Virus record (IMG/VR): IMGVR_UViG_3300044998_000622
Location: 1-58,406 of that record
Length of the DNA: 58,406 nucleotides
Source of the DNA: a virus
Lineage: Duplodnaviria > Caudoviricetes
Reading direction: 5' to 3' (one strand)
In this document: one piece after another, positions 33,329 to 42,520 of the stretch
Position numbering within the stretch: the stretch's first letter is position 1
Layout of the letters: the number at the start of each line of letters is the position of its first letter
Notes under the pieces: model-generated
The model's input: only the letters and a program-made list of their open reading frames with translations
Told to the model about the DNA's origin: nothing
Database searches by the model: none
Translations under genes and position numbers: made by a program

Positions 33329-33380
33329 GCGGTAGTCGAAAAGCCACAACAGACTCCCACCTCATCGGAGGATCGTCCTC

Positions 33381-34763
33381 ATGTCGATCGCAAATCTCGG
33401 CCTCGCCCCCGGCCTTGTCAACATCATCCAGGACCGGACGCTGATGCGTCAGTTCCACGACGCCCTCTTCCCGCGCCTGCTCTACCGGAGCGAGGCCATG
33501 GCGGAGAAGTGGGACGCCAACATCGGCCAGCGGCAGGTCTTCACTCGCAAGGGCCTCATGGCTGTCGACCTTGCTCCGATCACTCCGGGCTCGGACCCGA
33601 GCATGGGTACCTACCAGACGGAGCAGTGGGAGGTCGAGGCCACGCAGCGCGGCAAGGCGATCGACACTCACATGCCCACCAGCCACGTCGCGCTTGCGCC
33701 GACGTTCCTGGCGGACGTGGTCGTGCTCGGTATGAACGCCGGCCAGACCATGAACCGCTTGCCGCGGAACAAGCTCTTCGCGGCGTACCTCGGCGGCGAG
33801 ACCGTCAACACGGCGGTCGTGGCGGCCGGCGTGTTCGCGGTCCCGGTGGCATCGATCAACGGCTTCACCGAGGTCCTGGCGAACGGGCGCTTGCAGCCCG
33901 TCAGCCCGGCGAACCCGCTCGCGGTGACCTTCACCGGCGGCGAGCCGCCGAACACGGTCGTCGCGGCAGTGCCGAACGACCCGGCGAACCCGCTCGGTCC
34001 CGGCGTGCTCACGCTCGGTGCCGCGACGACCGTCGGCCTCGCGCTCCGGAGCGCGGTCCGTGCGGCGACCCGCTCGCGGATCACCCGCGTCGGCGGCGGC
34101 GCGACGGTGGACTCTCTCGTGGCGAGCTCTGTGCTCACCCTCCAGACCGTGATCGACACGGTGGCGCGCCTTCGATCGAACAACGTGCCTCCGACGTCGG
34201 ATGGCTTCTACCACGTCCACGTCACGCCCGAGGGTGAGGCCGAGCTCTTCGCGGACAATGCCTTCCAGCGACTGTTCCAGTCGCTGCCCGAGAACGCGGT
34301 CTACCGCGACCTGGGCATCGGCCAGCTCGTCGGCTGCCGGTTCTACCGGAACACGGAGAACCCCGACGAAACGAACTCGGGGCCGCTGTCCGACACGTCG
34401 GGTGGCTCCGGCAGCGCGCGCTGCGCGGGCGAGATCGGCGGCGAGGTGGTCAACCAGAGCGGGCTCCCGATCAAGCGTGCGCTCGTGCTCGGCGGCGGTG
34501 CGCTGTACGAGAAGTACATCGACGAGTCGGCCTTCATCACGGAGGCCGGCGTGATGGGCAAGATCGGCGAGTTCTCGGTGGTGAACGGCGGCGTCCAGGT
34601 GATGACGCAGCGGATCCGCTACATCCTCCGCGCCCCACAGGACCGCCTTCAGCAGATCGTCAGCCAGGCCTGGTCCTGGTCGGGCGACTTCGCGGTCCCC
34701 TCGGACGCGCTCATCGGCAACGCCGCGCGGTTCAAGCGCGCCGCGGTCATCGAGCACGCCTGA
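33381..34763 (+). CDS. Major capsid protein
   Basis: 460 aa after the scaffold; GGAGG RBS; LRSNNVP...GFYHVHVTP....ELFAD; terminator follows. Confidence 0.88.
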   Translation: MSIANLGLAPGLVNIIQDRTLMRQFHDALFPRLLYRSEAMAEKWDANIGQRQVFTRKGLMAVDLAPITPGSDPSMGTYQTEQWEVEATQRGKAIDTHMPTSHVALAPTFLADVVVLGMNAGQTMNRLPRNKLFAAYLGGETVNTAVVAAGVFAVPVASINGFTEVLANGRLQPVSPANPLAVTFTGGEPPNTVVAAVPNDPANPLGPGVLTLGAATTVGLALRSAVRAATRSRITRVGGGATVDSLVASSVLTLQTVIDTVARLRSNNVPPTSDGFYHVHVTPEGEAELFADNAFQRLFQSLPENAVYRDLGIGQLVGCRFYRNTENPDETNSGPLSDTSGGSGSARCAGEIGGEVVNQSGLPIKRALVLGGGALYEKYIDESAFITEAGVMGKIGEFSVVNGGVQVMTQRIRYILRAPQDRLQQIVSQAWSWSGDFAVPSDALIGNAARFKRAAVIEHA

Positions 34764-34780
34764 GCGAAGGCAGCGACTCA

Positions 34781-34820
34781 CGGAGGGCTCGGAGCTCAGG
34801 CTTCGGGCCCTTCGTCTTTC
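34781..34820 (+). terminator. Intrinsic terminator-like hairpin
   Basis: 15-bp stem with G-U pairs (34781-34795/34800-34814), 4-nt loop, then TCTTT. Confidence 0.65.
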
Positions 34821-34846
34821 CGTCTCGCGCTGCTACGCTCGGCGGC

Positions 34847-35263
34847 ATGTCGAAGAAGAAGCCCCTCGCCGTGCTTGCCGACCCGACTCCCGTCCAGGAT
34901 GCCACCGACGCGCCCCACGCTGGCCCCCAGGCGCCCGGCTCCGCGCCCGAGGCGGCGTCCATGGCGCCCGTGGCCCCGGAGGCGGACGCTGGCCCGCTGG
35001 ACGGCCCCCATGGATCCATGCCCGAGCCCGAGGCGCCCGCGGCTCCGCCGGCCAGCCAGGCGGAGGCCAGCGCACCGGCGGCGACTCCCGCGACCCGCTT
35101 CTACCGGGTCACGAAGGGCGGCCGGGTCTACCTGGACGGGTTCCACGAGATCAAGGTGGGGGTCGTCGTCTCGACGGTCTCGCACGACCTCGCGGCGCTC
35201 GCGGCCCAGGGCATCATGGCGGAGCCCTGTGATGGGCCAGACCCCGTGCCCAAAGAGGACTGA
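34847..35263 (+). CDS. Pro/Ala-rich hypothetical virion-associated protein
   Basis: TGC-TACGCT 7 nt before ATG; small folded C-terminal domain. Confidence 0.7.
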   Translation: MSKKKPLAVLADPTPVQDATDAPHAGPQAPGSAPEAASMAPVAPEADAGPLDGPHGSMPEPEAPAAPPASQAEASAPAATPATRFYRVTKGGRVYLDGFHEIKVGVVVSTVSHDLAALAAQGIMAEPCDGPDPVPKED

Positions 35264-35266
35264 GCC

Positions 35267-35683
35267 GTGGCATTCAGCGACGACGAGAAGACGCAGATCC
35301 GCTACTTCTTGAGCTACCCGTCCTGGGTGGCTCTCGCGCAGTCGATCCAGTTGGGCTACCCGGCGGCGAGCCAGCCCCTCTTCCTCGTCGAGGACGCCTT
35401 CAAGCGGCTGACGCCACAGGGCGAGTACACGGTCCGGCGCGCGCTCTGTGAGTGCCTCGCGATCGAGGCGCAGATGAGCGAGGCCAGGCGCCGGTTCAAG
35501 GCGACGAAGGTCGGCGAGGTCGAGCTCAACCCGCACGAGAGCCGGATGCTCCGGAAGGAGCTCCTGTACTGGGTGACGCGCCTGGCCGATGGGCTCGGCG
35601 TCGTAAGCAACCCCTACTCGCAGATGATGTACCAAGGGATCTCCGGCATGGGGAGCGTCGGCGGGAGGAGCGTCGGGTCGTGA
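35267..35683 (+). CDS. Head-tail adaptor (neck 1)
   Basis: [18 protein letters not shown]...KVGEVEL...YW..RLA..LGV; position after the capsid gene. Confidence 0.7.
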   Translation: MAFSDDEKTQIRYFLSYPSWVALAQSIQLGYPAASQPLFLVEDAFKRLTPQGEYTVRRALCECLAIEAQMSEARRRFKATKVGEVELNPHESRMLRKELLYWVTRLADGLGVVSNPYSQMMYQGISGMGSVGGRSVGS

Positions 35684-36972
35684 AGCAGCGGAACCCGCGG
35701 GTCCTGACGCCGAACGACAACCCGGAACTCTTCCCCCCGGACGATCCGAGCGCGACGTTTGCCGAGGGAATGGGCGCGATCGTCGACGACGTGCGCTCGC
35801 TCGTCTCCGACATGGGCCTGCGCCCCTACCGCGTCTTTTCCGTCTTGGTGCGCTGGAGCGGAGGCGAGGTCGGGCGCGGAGAGCCGGTCTCGTTCGAGCG
35901 GGAGTTCGTCCCGACCCCCAAGCTCATCGAGCCCTCGGTCACTTCGGAGCCGCGGTCGGGCGGCCTCGTGGAGCGCGGCTTGGCCACGCTCACCGAGATC
36001 AGCCCGAGGTACACCGAGGACGAGCTACGGGACCTGTTCGGGTGCGACGAGCGGCCGGGGGTCGAGATCTTCGTCGAGGTCCGGGTCGACGCGCGGGACG
36101 GCTCCACCGAGCGGAGGCGGTTTGCCGTCTCCGGGATGCCGTTCCGGGATGCCGACGGCTTTCAGTGGGTCGCGCGCCTCATCCGGCAGGACGGTGGGCG
36201 CCGCCGGGACGGCTCCGTGCGCGTCGTCGGCGAGCTCGACGGGTGCTCCACGGCGCCGGAGGGGTCGGATCCGTGGTCGGAGGCCAACCCCTACGAGACC
36301 GCGCGCGGGCGTCCTGGCCCGCCGGGTCCTCGGGGCATGGCCGGAGAGCCCGGTCCGCAGGGACCGCCGGGGCCCACCGGGCCCGCGGGCCCACCGGGCC
36401 CGCAAGGACCTCAGGGCATCCAAGGGGATCCGGGCGCCACAGGGCCGCCCGGCCCCACCGGGCCCCAGGGTCCGGCCGGCCCGCAGGGCGACCCCGGGCC
36501 CCAGGGTCCGGCCGGCCCGCAGGGCGACCCCGGGCCCCAGGGTCCGGCCGGCCCGCAGGGCGACCCCGGCCCCACCGGGCCCCAGGGTCCGGCCGGGGCC
36601 ACCGGTCCTGCGGGCCCTGGCGTGCCGGTCGGAGGCTCCACTGGACAGTTGCTCGCGAAGACGAGCGGCGTCGACTATGCGACCGCCTGGATCAACCCCT
36701 GGGTCGCCGGCCGAGCGAGCCTTAACTTCGGAGCGCGCGGCACCGTGGCGGTCGTCACGGTGGCGAGCCCCACTGTGACCTCGACCTCTCGCGTCGTGGC
36801 GAGCGTTGCGGCGGTCTCGACGCCAGATCACTCTGCCGACGAGGCGTTCGCCGAGACAATCGAGGTCCGCGTCGGCCCGATCACTCCGGGCGTCGGGTTC
36901 GACATTCGCGGTATCGTCCGTCAGGGACGCGCCTCCGGCGAGTTCTTCGTCGACTGGATCCAGCTCACGTAG
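35680..36972 (+). CDS. Head-closure-like domain fused to a collagen fibre and C-terminal beta domain
   Basis: GTGA-coupled to the adaptor; about 200-aa globular part, then Gly-X-Y run, [20 protein letters not shown] fibre motif. Confidence 0.75.
   Translation: MKQRNPRVLTPNDNPELFPPDDPSATFAEGMGAIVDDVRSLVSDMGLRPYRVFSVLVRWSGGEVGRGEPVSFEREFVPTPKLIEPSVTSEPRSGGLVERGLATLTEISPRYTEDELRDLFGCDERPGVEIFVEVRVDARDGSTERRRFAVSGMPFRDADGFQWVARLIRQDGGRRRDGSVRVVGELDGCSTAPEGSDPWSEANPYETARGRPGPPGPRGMAGEPGPQGPPGPTGPAGPPGPQGPQGIQGDPGATGPPGPTGPQGPAGPQGDPGPQGPAGPQGDPGPQGPAGPQGDPGPTGPQGPAGATGPAGPGVPVGGSTGQLLAKTSGVDYATAWINPWVAGRASLNFGARGTVAVVTVASPTVTSTSRVVASVAAVSTPDHSADEAFAETIEVRVGPITPGVGFDIRGIVRQGRASGEFFVDWIQLT
36460..36567 (+). 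repeat. Three exact 36-bp tandem repeats ([12 protein letters not shown])
   Basis: GGGCCCCAGGGTCCGGCCGGCCCGCAGGGCGACCCC x3. Confidence 0.95.
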
Positions 36973-36980
36973 AGGACGTC

Positions 36981-38426
36981 ATGGGACTCGGAATCTTGTT
37001 CGAAAACGGCGGCGACGAGCTCAAGGGGGACCTGGGGTCCGCCCGCGTCGTGCTCTACGGAGCCGACGGCACCCCCGCGGTCGTGGATGATGGGGCGCTC
37101 GTGCCCGCGAAGCGCGGGTTTCCGATCGCCGGCTACCAGGACGCGGTCGCTCGCCCGGTCCGCGTCGGCGCCCTGGGCGGCCTCGGGCTCGCGCGCGTGA
37201 ACGGGCTCCTCTTCTGGGACCCGGTGGACGGAACCGCGGTCAACACGCAGCAGTGGACGCAGACGCTGACGACGATGACGGTGACGCAGGTTGCGCCTGG
37301 AATCGTCACCATGAACGCCGGAAACTCGGTCGCGGCCAACGTCGTCGCGGCACACACGAGCGTCGCGCGCTTCACGAAGCCACGCGAGGGCGTCCTGCGG
37401 GCGAGCTTCCGGATGCGCTTCGACTGGAACGCGACCGGCTCTGTCATCCAGGTCGGGTTCGGCACGGCGACCACGACGGTCGAGCAGCTGGTCGATGGCG
37501 TTTTCCTCCGCGTCACGACCTCCGGAGCCGTCGAGCTCGTGGACGTCATGAGCAGCGCCGACACGGTGGTTGTCTCCACCGGCGTCTCGATAGGATCCGG
37601 CGCGAACCAGATCAGCCCGGATCGCTGGTACGATGTCGATCTGTATTGGCAGGACGACGGCTTCCGCGTGATCGTCTGGTCTGTCGACGGCGGGACCCCG
37701 ACGGAGCCGGTCCTCGACGCGACCCTGAAATACACGGCCACGCAGGCCAGGGCGACCGCGCTGCGCGCGCTTCCGGTCCTGATCCGCGTGCTCAACGTCT
37801 CCGCGCCCGCGACCGCAAACCGCGTCCTCTACTCTGAGGTCGCAGTCATGCAGCAGGAAATCGACGAGGGGCGCACGCTGCCGCAGGCGATGGCGCGCTC
37901 GGGCCGCACGACGCTGTTCAACCCGACGTCAGGCGCGCAGCTGGCGAACTATGCCAACACGGCGGCGCCCGCGAGCGCCACGCTCTCGAACACCGCGGCC
38001 GGCTACACGACCCTCGGCGGTCAGTGGCAGTTCGCCGCGGTCGGTGGAGCCGAGACCGACTACGCCCTCTTCGGCTTCGCCGTGCCGGCCGGAATGACCC
38101 TGCACGTCACCAGGGTCCAGATCGACACCTGGGTCATGGGCGCCGCGATTGCCACGACCCCGACGCTCCTGCAGTGGGGCATCGGCCGCGCCGCCGCGGT
38201 GACCCTGGCTGCCAACAGCTTCCGCAAGGCCATCGGCGCTCAGACGCTCGCGGTCGGCACCCCGGTCGGCGGCATGGCAAACCAGCCCGTGATCTTCACC
38301 TCGGACACCCCGTTCGTCGTGGATTCCGGGCAGACGTTCCACCTCATCTTGAAGATGCCGGTCGCAACCGCGACCCCGTCCTCGATCATCCGCGGGACCG
38401 CGGTCATCGAGGGCTGGCTCGAATGA
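36981..38426 (+). CDS. Beta-rich virion protein, lectin/fibre-like
   Basis: 481 aa, Thr/Ala/Val-rich with alternating beta pattern; GAGG RBS. Confidence 0.7.
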   Translation: MGLGILFENGGDELKGDLGSARVVLYGADGTPAVVDDGALVPAKRGFPIAGYQDAVARPVRVGALGGLGLARVNGLLFWDPVDGTAVNTQQWTQTLTTMTVTQVAPGIVTMNAGNSVAANVVAAHTSVARFTKPREGVLRASFRMRFDWNATGSVIQVGFGTATTTVEQLVDGVFLRVTTSGAVELVDVMSSADTVVVSTGVSIGSGANQISPDRWYDVDLYWQDDGFRVIVWSVDGGTPTEPVLDATLKYTATQARATALRALPVLIRVLNVSAPATANRVLYSEVAVMQQEIDEGRTLPQAMARSGRTTLFNPTSGAQLANYANTAAPASATLSNTAAGYTTLGGQWQFAAVGGAETDYALFGFAVPAGMTLHVTRVQIDTWVMGAAIATTPTLLQWGIGRAAAVTLAANSFRKAIGAQTLAVGTPVGGMANQPVIFTSDTPFVVDSGQTFHLILKMPVATATPSSIIRGTAVIEGWLE

Positions 38427-38436
38427 CGGCTGCGCG

Positions 38437-38931
38437 GTGACCCGCAACATCACGCTCACGGACTTCGAGAGGCGCGTGACCCGGTTCGTGCCGGAGATCC
38501 GACGCGCCTACGTTCGCGCGCTTCAGAGCGCGGCGCTCAGGTTGAACGGGATCGTCGTCCAGGAGATCGACACGGCGACTCCTCATCCTGCCGTCAGCTC
38601 AGGGGAGCTCCGGGGGAGCGTCGACACGGAGCTCGTCGAGGACGGTGGGATCGTCTCGGTCTCCGCGCCCCACGCGCCGATGATGGAGTACGGGACGAGA
38701 CCGTTCACGCCGCCTCTGGATCCGTTGGTCAGGTGGGTAGTCAGGAAGAAGCTGGCGGGATCGCCAGCTGAGGCGCGTCAGATCGCGCGGGCGATCCAGC
38801 GCAAGATCGCTCGCGACGGGATCGCTCCCCGTGGCTACATGGCGAAGGCGTTCGCCAGGCTGCCGCCGATCCTGCGCGCCGAGATCATCACAGAGCTGTC
38901 GAGGATGGCGGCCAGCTCAGGCTCGCGATAG
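38437..38931 (+). CDS. HK97 gp10-like tail/neck component
   Basis: PAVSSGELRGS, APHAPMMEYGTRP, GIAPRGYM. Confidence 0.8.
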   Translation: MTRNITLTDFERRVTRFVPEIRRAYVRALQSAALRLNGIVVQEIDTATPHPAVSSGELRGSVDTELVEDGGIVSVSAPHAPMMEYGTRPFTPPLDPLVRWVVRKKLAGSPAEARQIARAIQRKIARDGIAPRGYMAKAFARLPPILRAEIITELSRMAASSGSR

Positions 38932-38941
38932 GCTGACGCTG

Positions 38942-39679
38942 GTGAGCGAGGACGCCAAGACGCGAACGGGCGCAACCGACGGCGCGCGCGTCGGCGCAGT
39001 GCTCTCCCCGCGCCCCGTCCAGGCCACGGTCCGCCGGCCGTCGGTCGACGGCAGGTCCGCCATGGCGGAGGCTCTGGCGGCCTTCCTGGCGCGCGCGTCG
39101 TTCACGCAGTGGGGCAAGGACGCCCCCGACCGCCCGTTCGCCCTGCGTGGCGTGCTCAGGCAGTGGCCGGACTCGAAGGTCGCGCTCGACACGCCTTGCG
39201 CGTCGATCCTTGACCTTGGTGCCGCGGTCTTCGAGACCTTCGCTCTCGTGCCAGCCCCGCTGGAAGAGACGATCGGGCTTTTCGAGCCCGAAACCGTGCT
39301 CTGGAAGACGGCGGAGCTCGCGTCGACGTTCCAGGTCGACTTTTGGGCTCCGGACGAGCCGACGCGCGAAGCCATCGCGGCCGCCCTCCCGTCTTTGTTC
39401 GCCCCGGGCGAGGATCAGTACGGGCTGCTCGTCCAGGGTCCCGAGACCTACTTCGGGCGCCCGGTGCGTTTGACCCTGGTGGACGCGCAGCGGATGGACA
39501 ACGAGTTCTCGATCTACCCGCGCGAGCGCCGACTGATGGTGCGCGTCCGGGCCGAGGTCGATGAGGTCCACCTTCGCTGTGCTAGGCTCGCGAGCGCGCG
39601 CGTCGCGCTCGCCGAGATCGGCGAGTCGGCGGATACGAGCACCATCGCTGTCACCGAACCCGACTTCGTGCAGGAGTAG
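38942..39679 (+). CDS. Tail terminator/completion protein
   Basis: Directly before the sheath; FQVDFWA....REAI; TAGGCT 7 nt before GTG 38942. Confidence 0.65.
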   Translation: MSEDAKTRTGATDGARVGAVLSPRPVQATVRRPSVDGRSAMAEALAAFLARASFTQWGKDAPDRPFALRGVLRQWPDSKVALDTPCASILDLGAAVFETFALVPAPLEETIGLFEPETVLWKTAELASTFQVDFWAPDEPTREAIAAALPSLFAPGEDQYGLLVQGPETYFGRPVRLTLVDAQRMDNEFSIYPRERRLMVRVRAEVDEVHLRCARLASARVALAEIGESADTSTIAVTEPDFVQE

Positions 39680-39682
39680 ACC

Positions 39683-41932
39683 ATGGCCGGCTTCATCCGC
39701 CGCTTCACGAGTGCCCCATCCATCGAAACCCTCACCGAGATCGAAGCGGTCACGGTCGTCGACCTGCCGCCGCAAGCTCCTGCGGTCGGAGTCGGCACGG
39801 GAGCCGTCATGATCGTCGGCGAGTTCGAGGACGGACCCTTCGCCACGGGCGGGGACGCAAGCTTCTTCGACTCGGCCTACCGCAACCAGGGCCCGCAGGA
39901 GATCTTCGGCTCCGAGGACATGGTCGCCCGGTTCGGTGGCTTTGGATTCACTCACTCGGGGGTCAAGTCGTCGGCCCCGTGCGCGCGCCGCCATCTCTCC
40001 GAGCTTTGGAACGGCAACGGCTTCCTCAAGACGAAGTTCTTGAGCGCGAAGCGGATCATGCTGGCTCGCGTCGACACCTCGGTCGGCGAGGTCGCGTTCT
40101 CGGCGCAGGCCTCGATCGGCGGCACGAAGGGTCCCTACCAGCTGGTCGCTGGCCAACAGATCTCGGTCACGACCGACACGGGCGGTCCGGTGAGCTCCAC
40201 GGCGATCGCGGCCGTCCCCGCGGCGCGCGTCGGCTCTTCCGCGATCGTCTCCACGGGATACCTGGGTGGCGAGCAGATCAGGATCGCAATCGACGCGAAC
40301 CCGGAGGTCACCGTGACCTTCGCCTCCACCGATCAGACCGCGCCGCAAGTCGCGGCGCGGATCAACGCGGCTCTCGGCTTCGCCGCGGCGACGGAATCGC
40401 TCGGGATCCTCACGATCTCTGGCACCGTGGCGGGCACCGCGGGACGGGTCACCTTGTCGGATGTCACTGCCGGCGCGCTCGCGGCTCTGTTCCACACGGC
40501 GGGCACCACGAACGGCACCGGCAACGTCGCGAACGTCAACGCGGTCACGCCGGCCGAGGTGGCGGCGATCATCAACGGAACGGCTGCGCTGACCGCGATC
40601 AACTGCACTTCGGCGCTCGACGGCGCGGGGCGCCTGCAGGTCCGCCGGTCCTCGGGCGGCGGCACGATCTCGATCGCGGCAGGCGCCATGGCGACCGCTC
40701 TTGGGCTGGACCCGGTTGGCACGACGGTCGCGGCGGGAGTTCACCCGGGCGGGTCCATCCCGGCCGGGACGCGCGTCGGGGACGGCTCCTCGACCTGGGT
40801 CACGATGCAGACCCTTTCCGTGCCCGCGGGCACGGCGACCGCGCCCCAGCCCGGCCCGTTCAGCGTCAAGGTCCGGCCGCTGCTCGACGACGGCTCGGCG
40901 GCGGGCGCGCCCGCCGCGTCGGTCACGACCGTCACGGACCAGGCGTCGTGGGCGCTGCTCTCGGTCACGAACCCGCTCGCCCTGAGCGCGGCGAAGAACG
41001 AGGTCCAGATGGACAACGCGTACCTCGCGGCGTTCGACGCAACGCTCGACCCGACGAAGGTCACGAGAGAGGCCAACTACTCGATCAGCGCTCGGCGCTC
41101 GACAGAGGTCGTGCGCCGCGGGCGGCAGAACGCGATCGACGCGAGCTCCGAGGGGCTCTTCGGTCGGAAGTTCATCTCTGGCGCGCCGATCGGTTACACG
41201 CAGAGCCAGGCGATCGCCGACGTCGCGCTGTGGCGCTCGGACCGGTTCCTTGGGTACACCTGGCCCGGGGTGAAGGTCCGGATCCCGGAGATCGCGGAAG
41301 TGGGCGTGGCTGGGGGTCTCGGGTTCACGGCGGACGGTGTGATCACGGTGCGAGCCGACAACCCGCTTGCGGTCATCAACGCGCGCCTCAACCCAGAGGA
41401 GAACCCTGGCCAGCTGACCGAGGGGCTCGTGGACTACGTTCTCGGGATCGAGGACCTCGCGACGCCGCTCCGGATGAGCAACTACATCGCCCTCAAAGCG
41501 GCCGGGATCTGCGCGCCTCGCATGGTCGACTCGCCGAACGGCGGCCAGGTCATGGTGTTCCAGAGCGGCGTCACGACCTCGCTCACCCCGGGTCTCAAGA
41601 CCCAAGCGCGCCGCAAAATGGCGGACTTCATCCAGGACTCGCTCGCGCGGGCGATCCTCCCCTACGTGAAAAAGCTCGGGACGCTCGCGCGGCGCGACGC
41701 GATCCGCGGCATCATCGAGCAGTTCCTCGGCGGTCTGCAGTCCGCGGAAGTCCCGGACAACCAGCGGATCAACAGTTACCTCGTCAACGAGCGGGACGGG
41801 CAGACCGAGACGCTCACGGCGCTCGGGGTTTTCGTCTACATCATCAAGGTCCGCACGCTCTCCTCCATGGACGACATCGTGCTCCAGACCGAGATCGGCG
41901 AGGGCGTGGTCACCATCACCGAACCAGGCTGA
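39683..41932 (+). CDS. Contractile tail sheath protein
   Basis: 749 aa; VGTGAVMIVGEFEDGP, YTWPGV, RRKMADFIQDSL, IKVRTLSSMDDIVL; precedes a 148-aa tube gene. Confidence 0.88.
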   Translation: MAGFIRRFTSAPSIETLTEIEAVTVVDLPPQAPAVGVGTGAVMIVGEFEDGPFATGGDASFFDSAYRNQGPQEIFGSEDMVARFGGFGFTHSGVKSSAPCARRHLSELWNGNGFLKTKFLSAKRIMLARVDTSVGEVAFSAQASIGGTKGPYQLVAGQQISVTTDTGGPVSSTAIAAVPAARVGSSAIVSTGYLGGEQIRIAIDANPEVTVTFASTDQTAPQVAARINAALGFAAATESLGILTISGTVAGTAGRVTLSDVTAGALAALFHTAGTTNGTGNVANVNAVTPAEVAAIINGTAALTAINCTSALDGAGRLQVRRSSGGGTISIAAGAMATALGLDPVGTTVAAGVHPGGSIPAGTRVGDGSSTWVTMQTLSVPAGTATAPQPGPFSVKVRPLLDDGSAAGAPAASVTTVTDQASWALLSVTNPLALSAAKNEVQMDNAYLAAFDATLDPTKVTREANYSISARRSTEVVRRGRQNAIDASSEGLFGRKFISGAPIGYTQSQAIADVALWRSDRFLGYTWPGVKVRIPEIAEVGVAGGLGFTADGVITVRADNPLAVINARLNPEENPGQLTEGLVDYVLGIEDLATPLRMSNYIALKAAGICAPRMVDSPNGGQVMVFQSGVTTSLTPGLKTQARRKMADFIQDSLARAILPYVKKLGTLARRDAIRGIIEQFLGGLQSAEVPDNQRINSYLVNERDGQTETLTALGVFVYIIKVRTLSSMDDIVLQTEIGEGVVTITEPG

Positions 41933-41967
41933 ACCAGGGGTCGTAGCCCCGCGAACGGAGAGCGAAG

Positions 41968-42414
41968 ATGGCGCAGCGTGTAAAGGGCCAGGAGGTCCGA
42001 ATCACCCTCACGAGCCCGGACGGAACCGAGGACTCGGTCGGTCAGGGCGGCATCTCCTCGGCGGAGATCGAATTCAAGACCGAGGTCCTCTCCGAGGGCT
42101 ACCTCGGCGAGGCCACGGAGCGGAAGGACGACATCTTCCGCGGGGTCTCCGGCCGCCTGGAGTTCCACCTCGACCGGCAGTCCTGGTTCTCGCTGGTCGA
42201 CAAGATCGTCGCGCGCTCCCAGCGTCGCGACGCCACGTCGGGGACCGCGGTCTTCAACGTCATCCTGACGCTCTCCTTCCCGAGCGGCGAGCGGCCTCGG
42301 GTCCTGCTGGAGAACGTGTTCTTCGGCCCGCTCCCGACGCGGATCGGCGGCCGGGACGAGTACGTGACGGCCTCGATCGACTTCGAGTGCTCGGGCGGAC
42401 GGTTCCTGCTCTGA
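41968..42414 (+). CDS. Tail tube protein
   Basis: Size, position after the sheath, GYLGE, VSGRLEF beta pattern. Confidence 0.82.
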   Translation: MAQRVKGQEVRITLTSPDGTEDSVGQGGISSAEIEFKTEVLSEGYLGEATERKDDIFRGVSGRLEFHLDRQSWFSLVDKIVARSQRRDATSGTAVFNVILTLSFPSGERPRVLLENVFFGPLPTRIGGRDEYVTASIDFECSGGRFLL

Positions 42415-42520
42415 GCTCCGAGCCCGCGCACGAGGCGCGTGGCAGAACGGCGGCGCCGGTGGGAGCACCCTTCCGGCGCCGCGTGCGGCCCCAAGCGGCC
42501 GCGGAAGAGGCGAGGCAAGC

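Noticed and set aside
32397-33380. tRNA genes in structured intergenic gaps
   Set aside because: No cloverleaf with T-loop (TTCGA) and acceptor stem found by eye; tRNAscan-SE would confirm.
30468-41605. Long minus-strand ORFs (878, 552 and 905 aa)
   Set aside because: They fully overlap recognisable head and sheath genes; stop codons are scarce at this GC content.
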